Shown here piece by piece: positions 27,495 to 34,533 of a stretch of 62,830 nucleotides of DNA (the stretch's first letter is position 1; each line of letters starts with the position of its first letter). Made by a program: the position numbers and the translations under genes. Below the pieces are notes generated by a model that saw only the letters and a list, made by a program, of their open reading frames with translations, searched no databases and was not told the origin of the DNA. Source of the DNA: Candidatus Omnitrophota bacterium (GTDB lineage: Bacteria; Omnitrophota; Gorgyraeia; Zapsychrales; Zapsychraceae); the NCBI GenBank assembly GCA_015233115.1, contig JADFYJ010000004.1, positions 1 to 62,830 of the forward strand. The letters run 5' to 3'.

Positions 27495-27529
27495 GACCAG
27501 TCCGTTCAAAAAGCGGACTGGTCTTTTTT
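27495..27529 (+). terminator. Intrinsic terminator
   Basis: GACCAGTCCG-N9-CGGACTGGTC perfect 10-bp stem followed by T6. Confidence 0.75.
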
Positions 27530-27543
27530 ATTTACTGTAAAAA

Positions 27544-27708
27544 GGTCACAAAGCCACAAAGTCACAAGGTCACAAAGGGCAATAAAGATTAAAAATCAAG
27601 AACAAAAAAAGAACAACACTTTACCATTCGTTTTTTGTTCCGTTTTTTATAAAATTTTCTCTTTGTGACGTTGTGACTTTGGGCAATCTTGTGTGTGACC
27701 TTGTGACC
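27544..27708. repeat. Long inverted element with GTCACAAAG-word arms (family B)
   Basis: Left arm GGTCACAAAGCCACAAAGTCACAAGGTCACAAAGGG, right arm CTTTGTGACGTTGTGACTTTGGGC...GTGACCTTGTGACC. The core contains GAACAAAAAA/TTTTTTGTTC. Confidence 0.7.
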
Positions 27709-27732
27709 AAACAATCAAGAAAGGATATGTGT

Positions 27733-27978
27733 ATGGACAAACGTTTAGGCTTCGTAGGAATTATTATTGAACACCGGGAAACTTGCGCGGAAGAAGTGAA
27801 CAAAATTCTTTCCAAATTTGGGGATTCCATTGTCGCGCGGGTAGGAATTCCATATAGAGAACGGCATTGCAGTGTTATTACGCTGGTTGTGGATATTACT
27901 TTGGATGATTTAGGCGCTTTGACCGGAAAATTAGGCGCAGTGCCAGGAGTAACCGTGAAATCAGGAATGGCGAAATAA
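27733..27978 (+). CDS. TM1266-family putative iron-only hydrogenase system regulator (ACT-like)
   Basis: MDKRLGFVGIIIEHRE...VARVGIPYRERHCSVITLVVD...LTGKLGAVPGVTVKS matches the family pattern. Sits beside hydEFG. ATG 27727 is an alternative start. Confidence 0.7.
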   Translation: MDKRLGFVGIIIEHRETCAEEVNKILSKFGDSIVARVGIPYRERHCSVITLVVDITLDDLGALTGKLGAVPGVTVKSGMAK

Positions 27979-27983
27979 AAGCG

Positions 27984-28063
27984 GGTTAATGGTTTTTGGT
28001 TGATGGTTGTTGGTAAAAAACATCTTGCTGTTACCAAAAACCAAAAACTAAAAACCATCAACC
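27984..28063. repeat. Hairpin element with GGTTTTTGG / CCAAAAACC word arms (family C)
   Basis: GGTTAATGGTTTTTGGTTGATGGTTGTTGGTAA ... TTACCAAAAACCAAAAACTAAAAACCATCAACC. A half-copy lies at 51708-51742. Confidence 0.65.
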
Positions 28064-28075
28064 AGATAGGTTATT

Positions 28076-29449
28076 ATGTCATATCGTATCGAAACAGACT
28101 TATTGGGTGAGAAAAAAATTTTTGCGAATGTGTATTGGGGTATCCATACGCAGCGTGCGTTGGAAAATTTTTCGATAAGCGGCAAAGTGGTTGCTCTGGA
28201 ATTAGTTAGAGCGATGGCTTTGGTTAAAAAAGCAGCTTGCCTGACGAATCAAAAACTGGGATTTTTAGAATCTCAAAAATCCGCGGCGATTGTTCAGGCT
28301 TGCGGCGAAATTATTGAAGGAAAACTTGACCAATATTTTCCTTTAGATGCTTTACAAGGCGGGGCAGGAACCTCAACCAATATGAACGTGAATGAAGTGA
28401 TTGCCAATCGCGCTATAGAAATTTTGGGTGGAACGAAAGGTGAGTATTCTCTAGTACATCCGATTGAAGAGGTGAACAAACATCAGTCGACCAATGATGT
28501 TTATCCCACGGCTTTAAAAATTGCAGTTTTGTTTTTGTTAAAAGATTTGAGTGGCGCTGTGGCAGAATTGCAAGGCGCTTTTCAGTCAAAAGAAAAAGAA
28601 TTTCATGCTGTGGTTAAAATTGGCCGGACTGAAATGCAGGATGCGGTGCCCATGACTTTGGGTCAGGAATTTTCCGCTTTTGCTGAGGCGTTTAGCCGGG
28701 ACCGTTGGCGAGTGTTTAAGTGCGAAGAGCGGATTCGCACGGTTAATATCGGCGGGTCAGCGATTGGAACAGGATTAACAGCACCCAAGGAATACATTTT
28801 TGGGGTGATTGAGCAAATACAGCAATTAAGCGGGTTGGGAATTTGCCGGGCTGAAAACGTGGTGGACGCGACGGCCAATATGGACGCGTTTGTAGAGGTG
28901 TTTGCGATCCTTAAAGCCCACGCGGTCAATTTGGTTAAAGTGGCAGATGATTTGCGTTTATTATCTATGCTTGGGGAAATCCATTTGCCGCAATTACAAG
29001 CTGGATCGTCGATCATGCCGGGCAAAGTCAATCCGGTTATGCTGGAAGCGGTCATTCAAGTTGGAATCAAAGTGATGGTAGATGAACAAGTTGTGTCTCA
29101 AGCGGCTTCTCGGGGAACATTGCAGATTAATGAATTTTTGCCGCTTTTGGCAGATGTGATTTTAAATGATTTAAAAGTTTTGCACAGTATCAACAAGTTA
29201 TTCACAGCCCACGTCCAGGAAATCAAAGCGGATGCGGTTAAGTGCCGGGAAAATTTGGACCGTTCAACGTCGATTGTAACCGCCTTTATTCCGCAAATCG
29301 GATATGAAAAGTGTGAACAATTGATCAAACAATATGACCCGGCGAACGGAACCGTGAGGGATTTTTTGATTGTCCATTTGGGTCAAGAGTTAGTCGATAA
29401 AATTTTATCAGTCCAAAATTTAACAGCGTTAGGTTATCGTGTTTCGTAG
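28076..29449 (+). CDS. aspA: Aspartate ammonia-lyase / class II fumarase family
   Basis: Fumarate-lyase signature GSSIMPGKVNP. TNMNVNEV and HQSTNDVYPT motifs. 457 aa. Confidence 0.85.
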   Translation: MSYRIETDLLGEKKIFANVYWGIHTQRALENFSISGKVVALELVRAMALVKKAACLTNQKLGFLESQKSAAIVQACGEIIEGKLDQYFPLDALQGGAGTSTNMNVNEVIANRAIEILGGTKGEYSLVHPIEEVNKHQSTNDVYPTALKIAVLFLLKDLSGAVAELQGAFQSKEKEFHAVVKIGRTEMQDAVPMTLGQEFSAFAEAFSRDRWRVFKCEERIRTVNIGGSAIGTGLTAPKEYIFGVIEQIQQLSGLGICRAENVVDATANMDAFVEVFAILKAHAVNLVKVADDLRLLSMLGEIHLPQLQAGSSIMPGKVNPVMLEAVIQVGIKVMVDEQVVSQAASRGTLQINEFLPLLADVILNDLKVLHSINKLFTAHVQEIKADAVKCRENLDRSTSIVTAFIPQIGYEKCEQLIKQYDPANGTVRDFLIVHLGQELVDKILSVQNLTALGYRVS

Positions 29450-29537
29450 GGGCGATCTCCTGATCGCCCGCATCAATCGTTTTTTAAAAAACAAAAACCG
29501 ATAATTTTGTAACGGGCGATCAGGAGATCGCCCCTAC
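29446..29537. repeat. REP-like palindromic element, inverted pair
   Basis: GTAGGGGCGATCTCCTGATCGCCCG (29446-29470) and its complement CGGGCGATCAGGAGATCGCCCCTAC (29513-29537). The aspA TAG stop lies inside the first copy. Confidence 0.85.
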
Positions 29538-29586
29538 GACCAAGGACGTAATGTCCGCATAGTACCAGGAGCTCCGCGAGTGGTGC
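29537..29586 (+). ncRNA. Copy of the recurring motif (hydF leader copy)
   Basis: CGACCAAGGACGTAATGTCCGCATAGTACCAGGAGCTCCGCGAGTGGTGC. It ends 13 nt before the hydF ATG, which has no obvious RBS. Confidence 0.45.
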
Positions 29587-29599
29587 AACAAATAAATCT

Positions 29600-30808
29600 A
29601 TGAATACACCAAAAAGCTTACGTTTACAAATTGGAATTTTCGGCCGGACCAATGTCGGCAAGTCAAGTTTTTTGAATTTGGCGGCAGGCCAGGATGTGGC
29701 GATCACCTCCAGTGTTCCGGGTACTACGACGGATGTGGTTGAAAAAACCATGGAGCTTTTACCGATCGGGCCAGTGGTGTTTTTGGATACAGCCGGATTG
29801 GATGACACTTCAGTTTTGTCCGGCGAACGGATTCGTAAAACCAAAAAAATATTCGGTCGGGCGGATGTGATGGTTTTACTGGTCGAACCGAATGTATGGA
29901 CCGGATTTGAAGATGATATTTGTGAACAAGCAAAAGTTCATCAAACGCCATTAGTTGTGGTTATTAATAAAGCAGATCAAGCCGAGCCTACGGAAGTATT
30001 TTTAAACGCAGTTAGAGAATTAACGCCTCAGGTGATGACCTGCGTCAGCATAGATCTTTCGCGCCGCGATTATTTTTTGAACCAGTTCAAACAAATACTC
30101 ATTAAAGTCTGCCCTGAAGATTTTTTACAACCGTTGAGTTTGATTGGGGATTTAGTGCCTGCCGGCGGTTTGGCGGTTTTGGTTGTCCCTATTGATTTAG
30201 CCGCTCCGAAAGGCCGGTTGATTCTGCCTCAGGTTCAGACGATTAGAGACGCTTTAGATAATGATGCGGCTGTGTTGGTGGTCAAAGAACGGGAATACCG
30301 CGCGGTTTTAGATAACTTGAAAAAACTTCCGGATGTGGTGATTTGTGATTCGCAGGTCGTACAGAAAATGGTGGCTGATACACCGAAAAATATTAAATGC
30401 ACCACATTTTCGATTATTTTTGCCCGGTTTAAAGGCGAGCTGAATGAATTAGTGAAGGGTGCACAGATGATTGACCGTTTGAAAGACGGCGATAAAGTTT
30501 TGATTGCCGAAGCCTGTTCTCATCATGCGGTCGAAGATGATATTGGCCGCGTAAAAATTCCGCGTTGGCTCAGGCAATATACCGGGGCGGATTTGGTGAT
30601 TGATGTGTGCGCTGGACGGGATTATCCGGAAAATTTGGCACAGTATAAATTGATCATTCATTGTGGCGCGTGCATGCTGACCAGACGGGAAATGTTAGCC
30701 CGCATGCATTATGCCGGAAATCAAAAAGTCGCAGTGACCAATTATGGAGTATGTATTTCCATGCTCCAGGGAGTGCTGAATAGGGTATTGGAGCCATTTT
30801 TAAAGTGA
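29600..30808 (+). CDS. hydF: [FeFe]-hydrogenase maturation GTPase HydF
   Basis: G1 GRTNVGKSS, G3 DTAG, G4 NKAD. C-terminal FeS ligands CSHH...HCGAC. Confidence 0.85.
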   Translation: MNTPKSLRLQIGIFGRTNVGKSSFLNLAAGQDVAITSSVPGTTTDVVEKTMELLPIGPVVFLDTAGLDDTSVLSGERIRKTKKIFGRADVMVLLVEPNVWTGFEDDICEQAKVHQTPLVVVINKADQAEPTEVFLNAVRELTPQVMTCVSIDLSRRDYFLNQFKQILIKVCPEDFLQPLSLIGDLVPAGGLAVLVVPIDLAAPKGRLILPQVQTIRDALDNDAAVLVVKEREYRAVLDNLKKLPDVVICDSQVVQKMVADTPKNIKCTTFSIIFARFKGELNELVKGAQMIDRLKDGDKVLIAEACSHHAVEDDIGRVKIPRWLRQYTGADLVIDVCAGRDYPENLAQYKLIIHCGACMLTRREMLARMHYAGNQKVAVTNYGVCISMLQGVLNRVLEPFLK

Positions 30809-30885
30809 TAAAGGTGGTAAAGGTTAGCCATCGTTTTTAAACCATTCGCTTTTACCTTTATCACCTTTACCACGTTTACCACTTA
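30805..30885. repeat. Inverted element with GTGATAAAGGTGGTAAAGG word arms (family E)
   Basis: GTGATAAAGGTGGTAAAGG (contains the hydF TGA stop) ... ACCTTTATCACCTTTACCAC. The same word recurs at 32397-32415 and partly at 13871-13882. Confidence 0.65.
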
Positions 30886-30899
30886 ACAAAAGGATATAT

Positions 30900-32396
30900 A
30901 TGCTTTCCGATTTAAATGAAAATAAAAGTTGGATCGATCGCCGTATCAAACAGGACGAGATCGACAAATATTTGGTTGATGGCAAAGATTTTATTCCTGA
31001 ACAAGAAATTTGGGATCAGTTAAATAGAAATCAGCATCCGGAAAAACAGCAGGTGCGCGATATATTGAAAAAATCCATGGCGATCCAGAATTTAACGCCG
31101 GATGAAGTCGCGGCATTGATTCATGTGACTGATCCGGAATTGCTTCAGGAAATGAAAGACGCAGCGTTGAAAATTAAAAAGATGGTTTATGACAACCGTA
31201 TCGTGACGTTCGCTCCTTTATATTTAGGCAATTATTGCGTAAACAATTGCACCTATTGTGGTTTTAAGTCTGTTAACGGGGAAGCACAGCGCAAAGTTTT
31301 AAATATGGATGAGATCCGTAAAGAAGTAGAAATTTTAGCCGGCCAAATCGGGCATAAACGGGTGATCGCGGTTTATGGTGAGCATCCCAAAAATGATATT
31401 GATTATATTATTGAAAGCATTAAAGCGATTTACAGCGTTAAGGTTCCGACCAAACACGGATTTGGCAACATCCGCCGGGTTAATGCCAATGCGCCCGCGT
31501 TTTCGATTGAAGACTTGAAAAAATTGTATACGGTTGGTTTAGGGACTTATCAAGTGTTTCAGGAAACTTATCATCGCCCGACGTATGAAAGGGTGCATCC
31601 AGCCAACACTATTAAGGGTAATTATCAATGGCGCTTGTACTGTATGCACCGGGCTTTGGAAGCCGGGTTTGATGATGTGGGTATCGGAGTGCTGTTTGGT
31701 TTGTTTGACTGGAAATTTGAAGTGATGAGTTTAGTCCATCATGCCGCGGAGCTGGAAAATAAATTAGGCATTGGGCCGCATACGATTTCTTTCCCTAGAA
31801 TAGAACCGGCTTTAAACGCGGATTTAGCAAGATTTGATAAGTATCGCGTCTCAGACCAGGATTTTTTGAAATTGATTTTGGTTCTGCGTTTAGCTGTGCC
31901 ATTTACCGGCTTGATTATTACATGCAGGGAAAGCGCGGCCATGAAAAGTGAAGCTTTGTATTTGGGCGTGACCCAAACTGACGCGTCGAGTAAAATTGAC
32001 ATCGGCGGTTATCAATTGGCAGCTCATGAGCAGGAAGAAGATAAACAGCAATTTATTTTAGGTGATACGAGGACGCTGGATGAGCTGATCCGTGATTTCG
32101 CGCAAAAAGGCCATATCACGTCGTTCTGCACAGCTGGTTACAGATGCGGGCGGACTGGAAAATGTATTATGGATTTATTACGTTCCGGGCAAGAAGGCAA
32201 ATTCTGCAAACTGAATGCGGTTTTGACTTTCAAAGAATGGATCGACGATTTTGCCAGCGAAGAAACCAAAAAAGTAGCCGAGCCTCTATTAGAAAAAGAA
32301 ATCGGAGAGATTCAAGAACGCATGCCAAATCTGTATCCGAAGTTTAAAGAATTGTATGACCGAATAGTGAGGGGGGAACGGGACCTTTACATATAA
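30900..32396 (+). CDS. hydG: [FeFe]-hydrogenase maturase HydG (radical SAM tyrosine lyase)
   Basis: CVNNCTYCGF radical-SAM cluster, C-terminal CTAGYRCGRTGKC cluster, 498 aa. Confidence 0.9.
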   Translation: MLSDLNENKSWIDRRIKQDEIDKYLVDGKDFIPEQEIWDQLNRNQHPEKQQVRDILKKSMAIQNLTPDEVAALIHVTDPELLQEMKDAALKIKKMVYDNRIVTFAPLYLGNYCVNNCTYCGFKSVNGEAQRKVLNMDEIRKEVEILAGQIGHKRVIAVYGEHPKNDIDYIIESIKAIYSVKVPTKHGFGNIRRVNANAPAFSIEDLKKLYTVGLGTYQVFQETYHRPTYERVHPANTIKGNYQWRLYCMHRALEAGFDDVGIGVLFGLFDWKFEVMSLVHHAAELENKLGIGPHTISFPRIEPALNADLARFDKYRVSDQDFLKLILVLRLAVPFTGLIITCRESAAMKSEALYLGVTQTDASSKIDIGGYQLAAHEQEEDKQQFILGDTRTLDELIRDFAQKGHITSFCTAGYRCGRTGKCIMDLLRSGQEGKFCKLNAVLTFKEWIDDFASEETKKVAEPLLEKEIGEIQERMPNLYPKFKELYDRIVRGERDLYI

Positions 32397-32420
32397 GTGA
32401 TAAAGGTGGTAAAGGTTTTC

Positions 32421-32445
32421 GTAGGGGCGATCACCTGATCGCCCG
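32421..32445. repeat. REP-like palindromic element, single copy
   Basis: GTAGGGGCGATCACCTGATCGCCCG followed by the TAACAAAATAATCG tail. Confidence 0.85.
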
Positions 32446-32470
32446 TAACAAAATAATCGCTTTTAAAAAT

Positions 32471-33517
32471 ATGAAAAGAATCGATTTAATAAATTGGTTA
32501 AGTGAAACTGATCCGAATAAAGTGCAGGATCTGTATTCGCGCGCCTATGCCATGAAGGTCAAGCACGTCGGAAAAATTGTCTATTTCCGCGGCATTATTG
32601 AGCTGAGCAACATTTGTGCTAAAAATTGTTTTTATTGCGGCATACGAAAAGACAATGATCATGTAGAGCGTTTTCAAATGACGGATGAAGAAGTTTTGGA
32701 ATCAGCCAAGTTGGCTTTTGATTCGGGCTATGGTTCGATTGTATTGCAATCCGGCGAGCGTTCAGATGAAAATTTTGTAGCTTGGATCGAGCAACTGATT
32801 GGTCAGATAAAAAAAATGTCTAACAGCCAATTGGGATTGACCCTGTCCTTGGGCGAGCAGACCAGAGAAACCTATCGCCGCTGGTTTAAAGCCGGCGCGC
32901 ACAGATATTTATTGCGGATTGAGACTTCGAATCCGGAACTTTACCAAAAATTGCATCCCGCAGATCACTCTCATGAAAAACGTTTAGATTGTTTAAAAAT
33001 TTTAAGACAAGAAGGCTTTCAGGTCGGTACAGGGGTCATGATTGGACTGCCTCATCAGACATTAAGCGATTTAGCGGATGATATTTTATTCTTTAAAAAT
33101 TTCGATGTCGACATGATCGGCATGGGCCCGTATATCAGCCACCATGATACTCCGTTAGTCGGATTAACAGATAAAACGGATAAAGCCAATAATTTTGATT
33201 TAAGCCTAAAAATGATTGCCCTGACCCGTTTAGTTTTAGAAGATGTCAATATTGCCTCAACTACTGCCTTACAAGCCATTGACCCCGCAGGCCGCGAGAA
33301 AGGTTTACTCGCCGGCGCCAACATCATCATGCCCAACATCACCCACACCAAATACCGCCGTTTCTACCAATTATACGACGACAAACCCTGCTTAGACGAA
33401 AATGCCTTAGTCTGTAAAAGTTGCCTGGAAACAAGAATCAAAAACATAGGAGAAGAAATCGGTTATGGTAAATGGGGAGATTCAAAGCATTTTAAGCATT
33501 CCATTCAAGAAAAATAA
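32471..33517 (+). CDS. hydE: [FeFe]-hydrogenase maturase HydE (radical SAM)
   Basis: CAKNCFYCGIRKDN cluster motif. BioB-like fold length of 348 aa. Adjacent to hydG/hydF. Confidence 0.9.
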   Translation: MKRIDLINWLSETDPNKVQDLYSRAYAMKVKHVGKIVYFRGIIELSNICAKNCFYCGIRKDNDHVERFQMTDEEVLESAKLAFDSGYGSIVLQSGERSDENFVAWIEQLIGQIKKMSNSQLGLTLSLGEQTRETYRRWFKAGAHRYLLRIETSNPELYQKLHPADHSHEKRLDCLKILRQEGFQVGTGVMIGLPHQTLSDLADDILFFKNFDVDMIGMGPYISHHDTPLVGLTDKTDKANNFDLSLKMIALTRLVLEDVNIASTTALQAIDPAGREKGLLAGANIIMPNITHTKYRRFYQLYDDKPCLDENALVCKSCLETRIKNIGEEIGYGKWGDSKHFKHSIQEK

Positions 33518-33592
33518 ATTTTTTTCGCGACATGACGTTGTCGTGATGGCTATTTGTTTTTTGATTTTTTTGCTGCGTTGAATGTATTTCTG

Positions 33593-33652
33593 TTCGAAAA
33601 TCGTACAAAACAATTCGAAAGTATTGACAAATTGTTCGAAAAATGGTATTCT
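33593..33652 (+). promoter_or_regulatory. Promoter interleaved with three TTCGAA palindromes at exact 21-bp spacing
   Basis: TTCGAA at 33593, 33614 and 33635. TTGACA (33624-33629), 17 nt, TATTCT (33647-33652). Confidence 0.55.
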
Positions 33653-33673
33653 TTTTTTGAGGTTACGAAAGAA

Positions 33674-33970
33674 ATGAAATCGATAAGCAGTGGTGACCAC
33701 AATTTGGATGAAGTTAAGATTGACGCGAACCGGCCGGTTTTTACAACAGGCGTGGTTTGTGATCTTTTAGGTGTGCCGGTGTGGGTGCTAAAACGTTTGG
33801 ATTCCGAGGGCATTGTTTCTCCTCCCAGAGAAAGAGAAGGGACTGCCCGGTTATATTCGATGCGTCAATTAAAAGTGGTGCGTCATTGTTGGAATTTTAT
33901 TAGTGTGCATAAAGTCAAGATCACGGGCTTAAAGGTAATTTTAAAAATTGAGCAAGGTCATTTAAGGTAG
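33674..33970 (+). CDS. MerR-family regulator, HspR-like
   Basis: ATG 33674. The HTH FTTGVVCDLLGVPVWVLKRLDSEGIVSPPRE..GTARLYS is the MerR/HspR pattern. Located upstream of hsp20-clpB. Confidence 0.65.
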   Translation: MKSISSGDHNLDEVKIDANRPVFTTGVVCDLLGVPVWVLKRLDSEGIVSPPREREGTARLYSMRQLKVVRHCWNFISVHKVKITGLKVILKIEQGHLR

Positions 33971-33992
33971 GTTAAATTTTTTTAACAAAAAA

Positions 33993-34019
33993 TTAGCAGT
34001 CAATTTAACGGAGTGCCAA
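33993..34019 (+). promoter_or_regulatory. CIRCE-like inverted repeat upstream of hsp20
   Basis: TTAGCAGTC-N9-GAGTGCCAA versus the CIRCE consensus TTAGCACTC-N9-GAGTGCTAA (16/18). Ends 17 nt before the hsp20 ATG. Confidence 0.5.
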
Positions 34020-34035
34020 ATGAAAGGAGGGCGTT

Positions 34036-34500
34036 ATGAAAATCGTAGCAAGACAAAATCAAAACTGGTGGGAAAACCCGTTCTCTGATCTAGAGAATAT
34101 CCAAAGGGAAATGAACAAAATGTTTAATGTGTCTTTAGGCCGCAATGATCAGGAGCAGGCATTGAATTTATCCTGGGTACCTGCGGTTGATGTTCTAGAA
34201 TCCAAAGATGATATAGTGGTCAGAGCAGATTTGCCGGGAATCAGCAAGGAGGATATTCAAATCTCTCTTGAAGATAGTATCTTAACTATTAAGGGAGAAA
34301 AAAAATTTGCACATGAAGAAAAAGACAAGAATTATTATAAAATAGAAAGATCCTATGGGGCTTTTTTCAGGAGCGTGCCATTACCTATTAGTGTGGATGC
34401 CAACAAAGTCGACGCGAAGTATAATAATGGCGTGCTGGAAATTAAATTACTTAAAAGAGAAGAAGCCAAGCCCAAGCAGATAAAAATAAATGTGAATTAA
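34036..34500 (+). CDS. Small heat-shock protein (Hsp20/alpha-crystallin)
   Basis: WVPAVDVLESKDDIVVRADLPG...YNNGVLEIKL alpha-crystallin domain. Confidence 0.9.
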   Translation: MKIVARQNQNWWENPFSDLENIQREMNKMFNVSLGRNDQEQALNLSWVPAVDVLESKDDIVVRADLPGISKEDIQISLEDSILTIKGEKKFAHEEKDKNYYKIERSYGAFFRSVPLPISVDANKVDAKYNNGVLEIKLLKREEAKPKQIKINVN

Positions 34501-34533
34501 GAAGAGTTAGCTTTGGGATAGAAAAGAGGCAAC

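Noticed and set aside
27621-28061. 146-aa minus-strand ORF, plus the similar antisense ORFs at 26225-26614, 4564-4959, 26766-27212 and 29473-29844
   Set aside because: They are antisense to confidently identified genes (TM1266-like, glnK, kinase, methyltransferase, hydF) or run through word-repeat elements. Their sequences are low-complexity.
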